The position numbers and the translations under genes were made by a program. DNA of 64,000 nt, taken from assembly GCA_900318245.1 (NCBI GenBank), contig ONJT01000004.1:6940-70939 (forward strand), given 5' to 3'. Positions 28,133 through 38,746 of the stretch are shown here, in pieces. Each line of letters begins with the position of its first letter. The stretch's first letter is position 1. A model generated the notes under the pieces. It was given only the letters and a program-made list of their open reading frames with translations, did not search any database and had not been told where the DNA came from. Origin of the DNA: an uncultured Bacteroidales bacterium. Lineage in GTDB: Bacteria; Bacteroidota; Bacteroidia; Bacteroidales; Paludibacteraceae.

Positions 28133-28989
28133 TTCGTACCTCCATTTCCGTAATATTTGTTCACATGATTGATACCCGTCTGCACGATCGAATAGATGAA
28201 TACGCCAAACGAGATAGTTGCGGCTGTCACACCTACTACCGTAGCCGCAGAGTTGATACCAAAGCTATATCCCGGTATTTGACGGATGTAGATGATATCA
28301 TTCGGCTCGATGTAGTAGAACTCCGAGTTGATAATATCTTTCGAGCGGGCATCGAAGGTCTTGATGGTCGTCACGCCTTCTTTCTCGCGCACGAGTTTGA
28401 TCTCCTTGCGGCTGTTGAACTCGCCGAGGTCGCCAACCATCGCGAGGGCCTCGAAGATCGTCAACTTCTCTTTGTTAATCGGATAGCGACCACTCTGCGC
28501 ACCGATGACGGAGAAGGAGCGGTTCACGATATTCACTTCCACGGAAACAACACTATAACCCGGAATTTCCTGCAACAACGAACTCAACTCTTTCTCCAGT
28601 TGTACCTTCACCTCACGCGTCGTCTTGCCGCGCACATACTGCTTTCCTATTGTCGGAAAGTCAATATTTCCTTCCTCATCAATTAGGTAGGTGTAGAGGT
28701 CATAACTGCCATAGGCGCCGCCGCCTTGGCTCATTTGCTGACGCATTTGCGAGGAACTTGTTCCGCCGGCGTTGTACATCTTCATCACGTTTTCGTCCAA
28801 CGAATAGACATACACATACAATCGGTCGCCGATTCGCAATTTGTAGTCCTCAAAACTAAGTGTATCCGCATATGAGGGGATATACTTGTCGGGCTCTTGC
28901 ATATAGTTCACTTTTCGCGCCGTCACGCAGGACGAGAGCGCAAAGCAAACCAAGGCAAGGATGCCTACCAATGTTAGTTTTTTATCCAT
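28129..28989 (-). CDS. second Wza-like polysaccharide export lipoprotein (tandem paralogue)
   Basis: Lipobox FALSSCVT. YKLRIGDRLYVYV and NRSFSVIGA...TIFEALAMVGD motifs. Confidence 0.8.
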   Translation of the reverse strand: MDKKLTLVGILALVCFALSSCVTARKVNYMQEPDKYIPSYADTLSFEDYKLRIGDRLYVYVYSLDENVMKMYNAGGTSSSQMRQQMSQGGGAYGSYDLYTYLIDEEGNIDFPTIGKQYVRGKTTREVKVQLEKELSSLLQEIPGYSVVSVEVNIVNRSFSVIGAQSGRYPINKEKLTIFEALAMVGDLGEFNSRKEIKLVREKEGVTTIKTFDARSKDIINSEFYYIEPNDIIYIRQIPGYSFGINSAATVVGVTAATISFGVFIYSIVQTGINHVNKYYGNGGTK

Positions 28990-29756
28990 AGTTTCTTAAT
29001 ACAATTCTTCGTTTTTTGGAGCACCAACTCCTTCAGCCACGCGGCTTTGTTGTTCGTCCAGCGCTGCGGATGCGTGGTGATCATCACATGTGCCGGCAGT
29101 TGGTTGGCTTCGATCGCTTGCAGCAATTGCGGCGTGGTGTGCCAAGTAAGGCCTTTGGCGGTCCATTCTTCCTGGTGACCGGGTATCTTATCGCGCACAC
29201 TCACTTTGTATCCGTCCCAACAACGGCCCGTGTCCGTCAGGTAGAACACATCCGCGAAATCAGTATCTAAATACGGTTCGCCAAGGATGCCTACCGTCTT
29301 ATAGTCGTATTTCTTCCATAGGTCTTTGCCGTCCCACTTACTAGTCGGCGCGCCGTGCATACAGATCGTCTCTACCGCGTAGTACTGGCGGAAATACTCC
29401 AACCAGGTCTGAAAATGACTCCATGCCTCATCGACCTTCCCGTCGCATAGACTCATGTCTTCGTAGTGATAGCCGATCTCATGACCTAAAGCAGCGATAG
29501 CGCGGATGACTTCGGGATTATTGCTCTCCTTGCCTACGCGGAAATAATACGTCGCTTTCGCGCCGAGGGAATGCTCGATTTGCGCGGTCCGCAGACTGTT
29601 CTCGGGTCGCGCATCGACGTCGTGACGCAGGATGACGAACTTGTCGTCTTGCCGGCATGATGTCGTGACGTACTGACGATAGTCTATCAGTCGATAGCCC
29701 TTTGCCAGAAGGGTCTCTAACAACGCACGATATATGTCAAGTGTAAAATCTTTCAT
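28974..29756 (-). CDS. polysaccharide-deacetylase-like (NodB-fold) protein
   Basis: ILRHDVDARPENSL...ATYYFRV...GHEIGYHYE pattern. 260 aa. Confidence 0.5.
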   Translation of the reverse strand: MKDFTLDIYRALLETLLAKGYRLIDYRQYVTTSCRQDDKFVILRHDVDARPENSLRTAQIEHSLGAKATYYFRVGKESNNPEVIRAIAALGHEIGYHYEDMSLCDGKVDEAWSHFQTWLEYFRQYYAVETICMHGAPTSKWDGKDLWKKYDYKTVGILGEPYLDTDFADVFYLTDTGRCWDGYKVSVRDKIPGHQEEWTAKGLTWHTTPQLLQAIEANQLPAHVMITTHPQRWTNNKAAWLKELVLQKTKNCIKKLWIKN

Positions 29757-30701
29757 CTACCTCTCTGCCCGCATAGGGTTTTCCAAAAAGTCTTTGTACG
29801 CCAGGCGGATACCTTCTTCCAGTTCGGTCTTATAGGTCCATCCGAGGGCCGTCGCCTTGCTGACATCCAGCAGTTTGCGCGGCGTGCCGTCCGGACGCGT
29901 GGTGTCCCATAATATCTCGCCTTCATAGCCTACCACCTTGGCTACCAACTCCGTCAGCTCCTTGATACTCAACTCTTTGCCGGTGCCCGCGTTGACGGTC
30001 TCATTGCCCGAGTAGTGGTTCATGAGGAAAACGCAGAGGTTCGCGAGGTCGTCTACATAGAGGAACTCGCGCAGCGGTTTGCCCGTACCCCAACAGGTCA
30101 CAGACGCTGCTCCACTCTCTTTGGCTTCATGGAAGCGGCGGATGAGTGCCGGCAGCACGTGGCTGTGCTCGGGGTGGTAGTTATCGTTCGGACCATAGAG
30201 GTTGGTCGGCATGACGGAGATATAATCCGTGCCGTATTGGCGGTTCAGGAACTCGCAGTACTTGAGTCCGCTGATCTTCGCCAGCGCGTAGGCTTCGTTG
30301 GTCTTCTCCAACTCGCCCGTCAGCAGACAACTCTCTGTCATCGGTTGCGGCGCCAAGCGCGGGTAGATACAACTCGAGCCCAAGAACTCTAATTTCTTTA
30401 CTCCATTCTTCCATGCCGCATGGATGACGTTCATCTCAAGAATCATGTTGTCGTACATAAAGTCCGCAAGATGACGCTCGTTGGCAATGATACCACCTAC
30501 TTTGGCGGCAGCCAGGAAGACGTACTCGGGTTTCTCGGTCGCAAAGAACGCTTCTACCGCCTCTTGACGGCAGAGATCAAGCTCTTTATGCGTACGAGTG
30601 ATGATGTTCGTATAGCCCTGACGTTGCAGTTCGCGCACGATCGCACTTCCCACCATGCCGCGGTGACCGGCTACGTATATCTTTGAATTCTTCTCCATCA
30701 T
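29757..30701 (-). CDS. fcl: GDP-L-fucose synthase
   Basis: SDR fold: [28 protein letters not shown]. Sits directly after gmd. Confidence 0.9.
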   Translation of the reverse strand: MMEKNSKIYVAGHRGMVGSAIVRELQRQGYTNIITRTHKELDLCRQEAVEAFFATEKPEYVFLAAAKVGGIIANERHLADFMYDNMILEMNVIHAAWKNGVKKLEFLGSSCIYPRLAPQPMTESCLLTGELEKTNEAYALAKISGLKYCEFLNRQYGTDYISVMPTNLYGPNDNYHPEHSHVLPALIRRFHEAKESGAASVTCWGTGKPLREFLYVDDLANLCVFLMNHYSGNETVNAGTGKELSIKELTELVAKVVGYEGEILWDTTRPDGTPRKLLDVSKATALGWTYKTELEEGIRLAYKDFLENPMRAER

Positions 30702-31777
30702 TTTACGATTCCTTTTTCCAAATATTCGGCGAGGTTAAAGTGCTCGCGGGTCACTTTCTGCATGTCATGTTTTACCATGAGTTCTACCAACTCCTCGAAA
30801 CTCGTCTTCTGCGGGTTCCAGCCCAACTCGCGCTTGGCCTTACTCGGGTCGCCGAGCAGGTTCACCACATCCGTCGGACGGTAGAAATCCGGGCTGACGG
30901 CTACGACCACCTTACCGGTCTTGGCGTCAATACCTTTCTCGTCTACGCCCTGCCCTTCCCAGCGCAGCTCAATGCCCGCATGGTGGAAAGCGAGGGTCGC
31001 GAACTCGCGTACGGTGTGTTGCACGCCCGTAGCGATCACGAAATCCTCCGGCGTTGGATGCTGCAGGATGAGCCACATACACTCTACATAGTCTTTCGCA
31101 TATCCCCAGTCGCGCAGCGAGTCGAGGTTTCCGAGGTACAGGCAGTCCTGCTTACCCTGCGCGATGCGGGCAGCAGCCAGCGTGATCTTACGCGTCACAA
31201 AAGTCTCGCCACGGCGCTCACTCTCGTGGTTAAAGAGGATACCCGAGCAGCAGAACATATCGTATGCCTCGCGATACTCCTTGATGATCCAGTATCCGTA
31301 GAGTTTGGCTACGGCGTACGGACTATAGGGATGGAACGGTGTGGTCTCAGATTGCGGCACTTCCTCTACCTTGCCGTAGAGCTCAGACGTCGAAGCCTGA
31401 TAGATGCGGCAGGTCTTCTCGAGGTGGTTCGTACGCACGGCCTCCAGCACGCGCAGCACGCCTACCGCGTCCACGTCTGCCGTGAACTCAGGCGCGTCGA
31501 ACGACACCTGCACGTGACTCTGCGCCGCGAGGTTGTATATCTCGTCCGGCTGCACTTTGCCCACCAACTTCACCAGCGACATCGAGTCACTCATGTCTGC
31601 GTAATGTAAATGGAAATGCGGCATACCCTCAAGGTGCGCAATGCGCTCGCGAAAGTCCACCGAAGAGCGACGGATGATGCCGTGCACCTCATATCCCTTC
31701 TCCAACAAAAACTCCGACAGGTAACTTCCGTCCTGTCCCGTAACACCTGTTATTAATGCGATTTTTGCCATATTCAC
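30698..31777 (-). CDS. gmd: GDP-mannose 4,6-dehydratase
   Basis: [33 protein letters not shown]..., [20 protein letters not shown]. Confidence 0.95.
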   Translation of the reverse strand: MNMAKIALITGVTGQDGSYLSEFLLEKGYEVHGIIRRSSVDFRERIAHLEGMPHFHLHYADMSDSMSLVKLVGKVQPDEIYNLAAQSHVQVSFDAPEFTADVDAVGVLRVLEAVRTNHLEKTCRIYQASTSELYGKVEEVPQSETTPFHPYSPYAVAKLYGYWIIKEYREAYDMFCCSGILFNHESERRGETFVTRKITLAAARIAQGKQDCLYLGNLDSLRDWGYAKDYVECMWLILQHPTPEDFVIATGVQHTVREFATLAFHHAGIELRWEGQGVDEKGIDAKTGKVVVAVSPDFYRPTDVVNLLGDPSKAKRELGWNPQKTSFEELVELMVKHDMQKVTREHFNLAEYLEKGIVK

Positions 31778-31974
31778 TCAAAATTAGCGTGCAAAGGTAC
31801 AAAAAATACTTGAGTTACACAATAAAATTAAAATAATTTTATGCATAAGGCATTTATTTTGTATTTTTTTTGAGCATTTTCTTGCGCATATGAAATAGTT
31901 TTCGTATCTTTGCCGCCGATTAGAATGTGCAAACAACAAACAATCTCTATTTATTAACTAAATTTTTTACATTT

Positions 31975-32496
31975 ATGAAAAAGATTTTTATGCTTTGCGT
32001 AGTAACACTCGTAGCGCTGAGTATGTCTGCTAAACCGTACAATCACAGTATTGGTGTGGTAGCCGGTTCCGGTCTCGGTGTGCAGTACAAGGCAATGGTA
32101 ACAGAACATTTCACAATCATTGAGGAGTTCGGTTACTTAGGTAGTTTCTGCGCAGCAGGCGCAAACGGTTTACGAGTAAATACATTTGGTGCAACCAACG
32201 ACCTTGTATTGGCTTATCAGGCAAAAGCTGCTGAGGGTCAAGGCATCGGACTCGACTGGTTTATTGGTGGACAGGTAAAAGCCGGCTACATTGATAGTTT
32301 TGGTGCAGCAGGTGGTCAGATTGGCTTAGGCGCTGCAGTCGGTCTTGATGCCAAAATGAAGAATGCGCCTATCGCTTTCTCGTTTGACTTCCGTCCGGGC
32401 TACGGATGCATTCTTGTAGGCAATGGTGGAGGAAATGTTGGTGTCGGTCATGTATTCGACTGGACCATCAACCTTGGTGTTCGCTACGCTTTCTAA
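31975..32496 (+). CDS. small outer-membrane beta-barrel protein
   Basis: Signal peptide MKKIFMLCVVTLVALSMSA. Alternating Gly/aromatic beta strands. C-terminal ...LGVRYAF. Confidence 0.55.
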   Translation: MKKIFMLCVVTLVALSMSAKPYNHSIGVVAGSGLGVQYKAMVTEHFTIIEEFGYLGSFCAAGANGLRVNTFGATNDLVLAYQAKAAEGQGIGLDWFIGGQVKAGYIDSFGAAGGQIGLGAAVGLDAKMKNAPIAFSFDFRPGYGCILVGNGGGNVGVGHVFDWTINLGVRYAF

Positions 32497-33195
32497 GTGA
32501 GTAAGTCGAACGCCATTATTATTCCTGAAGGGTGCACAACAGTGCTGTTACATGCCTGTTGTGCACCTTGTTCTTCAGCCATCGTAGAGTGGTTGTTGGC
32601 GCATGATGTTACGCCCGTCATCTACTATTTCAATCCGAACATCTACCCGCTCGAGGAATACGAGATCCGCAAAAACGAGTCCAAACGGCATGCGGAGTCG
32701 CTCGGCATACAGTGGATAGATGACGACCGGCGAGTCGCCGGAGACAGCCGGCCATGCGGGTATGGCCATGAAGAATGGCTCTCTGCCGTGCAGGGTTTGG
32801 AGCACGAACCGGAGCGCGGCAAGCGCTGCGAGGCGTGTTTTTATTATCGGCTTGCGGCGACTGCGAAGAAGGCACAAGAACTCGGCATTCCTTTCTTCGC
32901 TACTACGCTTGCCTCTTCCCGTTGGAAAAACCTCGACCAAGTTAATGCCGCCGGATTAAGGGCTGAACAGTCTGTCAGCGGTAGCGGTCTGTCAGGCGAA
33001 GCCGGTCCAACTTCTAACAGCGTAGCGGTCCACTATTGGGCACAGAACTGGCGAAAGGACGGCCTGCAAGACCGTCGAAACGCTTTACTCAAAGAGTACG
33101 GATTTTACAACCAGCAGTATTGCGGCTGTGAGTTTAGTTTTCGGGCTTCTCTAAATCATACCGAAAACCCAGATAGATCTTCCAACCCATCGTAG
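32497..33195 (+). CDS. queH: epoxyqueuosine reductase QueH (DUF208)
   Basis: LLHACCAPCSS, YYFNPNIYP, RCEACFYYRL and QQYCGCEFS motifs. GTG start. Confidence 0.8.
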   Translation: MSKSNAIIIPEGCTTVLLHACCAPCSSAIVEWLLAHDVTPVIYYFNPNIYPLEEYEIRKNESKRHAESLGIQWIDDDRRVAGDSRPCGYGHEEWLSAVQGLEHEPERGKRCEACFYYRLAATAKKAQELGIPFFATTLASSRWKNLDQVNAAGLRAEQSVSGSGLSGEAGPTSNSVAVHYWAQNWRKDGLQDRRNALLKEYGFYNQQYCGCEFSFRASLNHTENPDRSSNPS

Positions 33196-35185
33196 GTCCG
33201 CAAACCATCGACGCATCGAAATTCGGACCGTAGGGTTCTTCCCATGCTACAATCGGATTCTCCTGACGGAAATTCGTCATATTCTCTGCGCCCAGATACA
33301 GACTGCAGGTGCGGAAATATTTCGTGATCTGCGCCATGAGTTGCGGGTACCACGTGAAGGGCTGCTCAAAGCCGTCCGGCATACGTCCTACGCCGTTAAA
33401 CTGGGCCGTCACATCGAACTGCCATTTCTTGAGCGGCGTCTGATAACTCGTCGAGATAATACCCTTAAAGCGGTTCGAGAGCGCTTTCGGACGCAGACGG
33501 GCTACTCCATCCGCTCCGATGGTCGTCTGACGTACGTCGGTATAGCGGAAAGCGGCCGTCCAGGTCCATCCGCGTAATACCTCGATGGAGGCCTCTATCT
33601 GCGCGCTGTGCGCAAAGGACTTCGCGCCGGGCAGGTCCGACTGGTTGTAGATATAAACGGCATGTTTGTCTTGGTCCAGATCCACGATGAGGGAGTTCAG
33701 GAAATGCGTGTAGTAATACTCGCCGGAGAGCTGGAGTTCTTTGCTGCCCAGCGGGATATAGAACGTCGTCGAGAGACCGGCATTGACCGCCCGCTCCTGC
33801 TGGACATTCTCCGTGAGGTGCAGCACCCTACTCGACGGCAAAATATTCGCGTTATCGGAGATAGCGTTCGGGCTGCGATACCCCATGCCGACACTTCCGC
33901 GTAGCGTCCACCATTCGAAAGGCGTGTAGCGGATGTTCATACGCGGGGTGAAGAAGAAACCGTAGCGCGTGGAATAGTCGGCGCGGACGCCCGCTACGAG
34001 CGACAGCATCTCGTCGTATTTGAAGCTGTATTCGGCGAAGATGCCGGGCGTCACTTCCGAGCGGTCCAAACCATTCGGTAATATGCTCAGCGCCTCCTGA
34101 TAGCGGTCGTAGTTGACGCTCAGGCCGGCACTCAGGCGGTGGTCATTATCGACATCGCCGCCACCCTCAAAATTACCCTGATAGATGGCGTTGGCATAAA
34201 CGTTCAACTGGTTTGCGTCCCAGGTCCGAACACCATAGGTGTTATTGAGATTATGGTAACTGATGGCGGTGATGAGTGCGACCGACGAACCGCTCTCCGG
34301 ATCGAACACGTAGCCGTTCTTGAAGAACCCTTCTACGCGCCAGGTGTTGAGGTTTATCAGGTACGGGTCAGCAAGGGCAAAATGCTGATGTACGTTCTGT
34401 CCTCCGCGGCGGCGGTCGTAGAGTCCGCGTACAAAGGCCTGGAAGGTATAGTCGTCGTGGTGGTAGAACCATCGGTTCGCCACATTCACGTTCTGCACTT
34501 TCGGCATGTCGGCGAAGGTATCGTGGTTGCCGTCCATCGCCATAAAACTGCCGCCGTAATGGGCCAAAATACCCGTGTAGAGCGTCTCATGGTGGTGCTC
34601 GCCATCCGCGTGCTCGTGCTCTTTGAGGGGTATCTGCCAGCCGCCCATGATATTCGCTTCGCCCATCACTTCGCTGTTGAACATCAGGTTGACCGACAGC
34701 GGGTTTTGTATCTGTGGCTTGAGCAGTTCGACGTTGATCTGGCCGGAGGTCGCTTCGTAGCCGTTGATGACGGAGGAGGTACCTTTGCTGACCTGAATAC
34801 TGCTCATCCACGGGCCGGGGATGTACTCCAGACCAAAGGTCTGCGCGAGCCCTCGCACAGCGGGCGTGTTCTCTTGGATGAGTTGCACGTATGTGCCGCT
34901 CAGGCCCAACAACCGGATCTGCTTGGCGCCGGTCGCCGCATCGGCATAGGCTACATCGACCGAGGCGCTGGTCTCGAACGCTTCGCTCAGGTTACAGCAC
35001 GCCGCACGGCATAGTTCTTCGGAATTGATCTTCTCCGTGTCGAAGGCCTCCGTACGGCTCTTCACCTTGCCTTTCTTGCGCTGCACGACGGTGACTTCCT
35101 CAATCTGGAAATCACTGGCCTCCTGCGCGTACATACCTGCGCTCAGGCATACTAAAAATAGGTATAAAAAGATACGTCTTTGCAT
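33134..35185 (-). CDS. TonB-dependent receptor with a His-rich loop
   Basis: Signal peptide MQRRIFLYLFLVCLSAGMYAQ, plug (IRLLGLSGTYVQLIQENTP, SSVINGYEATSGQINVEL) and a long barrel. Start trimmed to the ATG at 35185, behind TAATTTTG. Confidence 0.85.
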   Translation of the reverse strand: MQRRIFLYLFLVCLSAGMYAQEASDFQIEEVTVVQRKKGKVKSRTEAFDTEKINSEELCRAACCNLSEAFETSASVDVAYADAATGAKQIRLLGLSGTYVQLIQENTPAVRGLAQTFGLEYIPGPWMSSIQVSKGTSSVINGYEATSGQINVELLKPQIQNPLSVNLMFNSEVMGEANIMGGWQIPLKEHEHADGEHHHETLYTGILAHYGGSFMAMDGNHDTFADMPKVQNVNVANRWFYHHDDYTFQAFVRGLYDRRRGGQNVHQHFALADPYLINLNTWRVEGFFKNGYVFDPESGSSVALITAISYHNLNNTYGVRTWDANQLNVYANAIYQGNFEGGGDVDNDHRLSAGLSVNYDRYQEALSILPNGLDRSEVTPGIFAEYSFKYDEMLSLVAGVRADYSTRYGFFFTPRMNIRYTPFEWWTLRGSVGMGYRSPNAISDNANILPSSRVLHLTENVQQERAVNAGLSTTFYIPLGSKELQLSGEYYYTHFLNSLIVDLDQDKHAVYIYNQSDLPGAKSFAHSAQIEASIEVLRGWTWTAAFRYTDVRQTTIGADGVARLRPKALSNRFKGIISTSYQTPLKKWQFDVTAQFNGVGRMPDGFEQPFTWYPQLMAQITKYFRTCSLYLGAENMTNFRQENPIVAWEEPYGPNFDASMVCGPTMGWKIYLGFRYDLEKPEN

Positions 35186-35255
35186 AACTTTATCGAAATT
35201 CGGTGCAAAATTACTGCTTTTGCCCGAACCGTGCAATACCTAAAAGTAGGTATTT

Positions 35256-37211
35256 TTACTTCGTCACCCTATCTACGGCGCGCAAAATGGGCTCAATCGT
35301 CGGAGCTTCACCTACGGCCTGAATGAGCCACTCTTTCGGCGTCAGGCGGCCAAGACGGTAAATACGCATATATTCATATGCGAAATCTTTCTGCGTCTTG
35401 CATTGCGCCAGGTGCTCCTCCAACTGGTACTGCACGATATGTCCCAGCGGATAGTTCGGCAGGTACATCGGTGCATTCACCATGTGGCTGTACACGGCCA
35501 GCAAGATACAGTCGTGTTCACCCAGCACCGGCTCGTAGTATGCATTCCACACGTCTTTGGCTATTTGCTGCGTCGCTTCGCAGAGCTCTTTCGGCGTAGC
35601 CTTCGGGTGCGCATAAATCCACTGCCACATACGCATATCGACGAGGCTCACACCCATGATCTCGTACATCGACCAGAACTGATCGAGAACTGCGTCATTG
35701 CTGATTGATGATTGATGATTGGTGATTTTAGCGCCCGGTAAGAGTTGCAGGTCGCGTTGTTGCCAAAGGAACGCGCTGGCCTCCGTATAGGCGGTGTTGG
35801 GCACGCCGGAGAGCATGTAATAGTCGATGAAATACATGTCGAGCACCTGCTCCACGCAGTGACCGAACTCATGCACAGCGATGTTATAGCCCTTGTAATC
35901 CATGCCGGAAGCAGGAATACGGGTGCGGAGCCGCGCATCTTCTTTGCGACCGAGGCATGGCCATGCGTGTCCTGAACCGCGGGCGGGTTCTACGACGATA
36001 TGATGGGCGATAGTGCGGGCATCTTCGCTATAGAAGCCCATGCTCGTCAGCAGTCGCCACATGTCTGCCGCAAACGCATTGGCGTCCGGATAGAGATCGC
36101 GGGTCTGTGCACTCAGCGCATCTTCGTCCAAGGCTGCACGGGCTTTGAAGCCGTCGTACCATATATCATACGGGCGCAAGTCCCTACCCAAGCGCTCGCG
36201 GATGACGGCCGCCACTTGCGCTACCTGCGGCGAACCTACCAAAGCTCTAAACAGGCTGTCTAACTCTGCAGCCGGAATCTCTACGCCTTCCTCGAAATTA
36301 CGGATGATACCCGTCGGCGCGGTCGGACAATACGGGTCGGCGGCAAAATACGCCTGCGCGATCTCGAGTATCCGCTCGTAGCGGGTGTAAGGCTCGGCTT
36401 CGGACCGGTCTGAATACGGCTTCCAGATATAGTCCTTGCCGTTGATAGCCGCCTGCGGGATTGTCTGATCGACGATGCGCTGCATGACCTGATAGATCAT
36501 CTCCTGCTTCTCCTGCCCGCCTTCTGCGCCATACAGCGCTTTCAGTTCGTCGCGCAGGTTCCAGTGGCTGAGCAGGATCTTGTCTTCCGGCCATAGCTGG
36601 CGATCGTCTTCCGTGCGAAGGTTGCCCATGTAGATATTATAGTCCGCGATATAGTTCTCGGCGTTGGCATTGGCCTGCGCCATGCGGGTATTGACCTCTG
36701 CCGGCACGCGCGTCGTGAACACGTCTCCCATGCGGGCGAAAGCCCACTCTTGGCGGGTCCAGTGCTTGCCCAGCGTGTTCTTCTCCTCGAGCGTGTAATG
36801 CGGGAAGTTAAGAATGGTCACGAAGGCGAGTTTGTTCGCGAACATATCGTCCGAGAAATGCGCCAGCGGACTGTAGCCGGAGAGGATCCAGTCCGGTGTC
36901 TGCGGCTCGGCGGCATTGGTCAACTGGGTCGGGCGCAGCAACTCTACCGTCAGCATGTCGGCCGACTGGAAGAGGTTCTCAAACGCCCTGCTGAGGGACT
37001 CAAAGAGCGCTACGCGCTCGCTGTCGGTCTTGCAGGTGTGGTCGGCAATAAACTGCTCCAACTCCTCCTGTGTACCGTCTGCCGGCGTCCAAAGGGCGCG
37101 CACTTGCTGTTCACCACGCGGATAGTCCATCGTCTCTGTCTTTTTTGCTGTGCATGCCGTCAGGCCTATCATCGCGCCGATCGCCATGCAGAATATTGTG
37201 TTATGTTTCAT
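35256..37211 (-). CDS. gluzincin-type zinc metallopeptidase lipoprotein (HEFGH)
   Basis: Lipobox MIGLTACTA. HExxH (VHEFGHCVEQ) with a downstream Glu (YTEASAF). 651 aa. Confidence 0.6.
   Translation of the reverse strand: MKHNTIFCMAIGAMIGLTACTAKKTETMDYPRGEQQVRALWTPADGTQEELEQFIADHTCKTDSERVALFESLSRAFENLFQSADMLTVELLRPTQLTNAAEPQTPDWILSGYSPLAHFSDDMFANKLAFVTILNFPHYTLEEKNTLGKHWTRQEWAFARMGDVFTTRVPAEVNTRMAQANANAENYIADYNIYMGNLRTEDDRQLWPEDKILLSHWNLRDELKALYGAEGGQEKQEMIYQVMQRIVDQTIPQAAINGKDYIWKPYSDRSEAEPYTRYERILEIAQAYFAADPYCPTAPTGIIRNFEEGVEIPAAELDSLFRALVGSPQVAQVAAVIRERLGRDLRPYDIWYDGFKARAALDEDALSAQTRDLYPDANAFAADMWRLLTSMGFYSEDARTIAHHIVVEPARGSGHAWPCLGRKEDARLRTRIPASGMDYKGYNIAVHEFGHCVEQVLDMYFIDYYMLSGVPNTAYTEASAFLWQQRDLQLLPGAKITNHQSSISNDAVLDQFWSMYEIMGVSLVDMRMWQWIYAHPKATPKELCEATQQIAKDVWNAYYEPVLGEHDCILLAVYSHMVNAPMYLPNYPLGHIVQYQLEEHLAQCKTQKDFAYEYMRIYRLGRLTPKEWLIQAVGEAPTIEPILRAVDRVTK
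35696..35730. repeat. 7-nt-period array CATTGCT GATTGAT GATTGAT GATTGGT GATTTTA inside the peptidase CDS
   Basis: ATTG at 35697, 35704, 35711 and 35718, then ATTT at 35725. Encodes ...KITNHQSSISND... on the minus strand. Confidence 0.85.
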
Positions 37212-37223
37212 AATTGGTCTTAT

Positions 37224-38645
37224 TTATCGTTCGAAAAGCCGTAGCAGCCGCATCTTCGTTTGTCCGGCTTTGCCGCCGTACGGATGCTCGCGCAGCGAGA
37301 GGTTAAACCGCGTGCGGCCTTTGAGCACCGTCTGCGGGTGGGTAAACTCGCGGAAACCCCATTCGCCGTGGTACGCACCCATACCCGAATGGCCGGTGCC
37401 GTTGAAGGGCACACCCTTGACCATCATGTGGATACATACCTCGTTGATACATCCGCCGCCGAACTGCTGGGTCTGCATCACGCGGTTGGCCCAGCGCATG
37501 TTCTTGGTGAACACATACATCGCCAGCGGGTGCTCGCGGTCGGCGATCACGTCCATCAACTCGTCCACCTCCGCATCTTTGAACGGCACGATCGGCAGCA
37601 GCGGACAGAACAGCTCGTGCTGCACGATAGGCTCGTCTATATGCACCGGATAGATCATCGTCGGCGCATATCGGCGCGTCTCTTTGTCGCCTGATCCGCC
37701 GAACACGATTCGCTCTCGGTACTCGTCCGCCAAGTTCGCGCACTTGTCGTACGCGGCGTCGGTGATGAGTCTCGGGTACTCGTCATTCGTCTCCGCATGT
37801 TCGCCGATCTGGGCCACAAAAGCGGCTTGGAGTTCTTTGAGGAAATCGTCCGCTACTTCTTCGGCCACCGCTATCTGGTTGATGTTGATGCATATCTGTC
37901 CGGCGTTGAGCAACTTGAAGAACGCGATCTTACGCGCCGCATCTTTGAGGTCCGCATCCTTACGGATGACGCACCAGTTGCCGGTCTCGCCGCCTAACTC
38001 CAAGGCTACCGGCGTGAGGTTCTTGGCGGCTTCGGAGAGCACGTGTTTGCCCACCGACGGACTGCCGGTATAGAATATCTTATCCCAGCGCTGCGCCAGG
38101 CACATGTCGGCTACGTCGTGTCCGCCGTCTATCAGCGTCACGTATTCCGGCGGGAAGACCTCAGCGAAGAATTTCTTCAGCGCGGCCGTTGAGGCGGCGG
38201 ATTTCGAACTGGACTTGATGACCACCGTGTTGCCGCCGCACATCGCCGTGGCTACGACACCTATCGTCAGAAGTATCGGAAAATTGAACGGACTGATGAC
38301 GAGCGTCACGCCGTACGGCATCTTATAGACCTTGGTGAACACACTCGGCCAGCACATCAGGCCGCTGAAATGCACTTCCGGTCTACTCCATCGGCGCAGA
38401 CCCGATATCATCTCGTTTACCTCGGTGATGATCGGTCCGATATCGCATAGGTAAGCTTCTAACTCACTCCGTCCGAGGTCTTCGCGCAAGGCGCCGATTA
38501 ACTCGTCCTGATGAGCTATCACCGCCGCCTTGAGGCGTTTGAGTTGCTTGATACGCCATGCTATCGGCAGTGTCTCGCCGGTTCTAAAGAATTTCCGCTG
38601 CGCGGCTACTATCTCACGAATCGATTCTTCTGAATACATAATCAA
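37224..38645 (-). CDS. NAD(P)-dependent aldehyde dehydrogenase (class 3-like)
   Basis: 473 aa. ELGG, catalytic Cys context NAGQICI, FGGSGDK / PFNGTGHSGMG motifs. Confidence 0.9.
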   Translation of the reverse strand: MIMYSEESIREIVAAQRKFFRTGETLPIAWRIKQLKRLKAAVIAHQDELIGALREDLGRSELEAYLCDIGPIITEVNEMISGLRRWSRPEVHFSGLMCWPSVFTKVYKMPYGVTLVISPFNFPILLTIGVVATAMCGGNTVVIKSSSKSAASTAALKKFFAEVFPPEYVTLIDGGHDVADMCLAQRWDKIFYTGSPSVGKHVLSEAAKNLTPVALELGGETGNWCVIRKDADLKDAARKIAFFKLLNAGQICININQIAVAEEVADDFLKELQAAFVAQIGEHAETNDEYPRLITDAAYDKCANLADEYRERIVFGGSGDKETRRYAPTMIYPVHIDEPIVQHELFCPLLPIVPFKDAEVDELMDVIADREHPLAMYVFTKNMRWANRVMQTQQFGGGCINEVCIHMMVKGVPFNGTGHSGMGAYHGEWGFREFTHPQTVLKGRTRFNLSLREHPYGGKAGQTKMRLLRLFER

Positions 38646-38697
38646 ACAATTTTGCGGGACAAAGGTACGGAAAATTTTTCACATATGCAAGAGTTAG

Positions 38698-38724
38698 ACA
38701 AAAAAAGACACCCCGAGGGGTGCC
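38698..38724 (-). terminator. rho-independent terminator closing the minus-strand islet operon
   Basis: Minus strand GGCACCC-CUCG-GGGUGUC followed by U7. Confidence 0.75.
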
Positions 38725-38746
38725 TTTCGCCATGTAGGCGCAGTGC

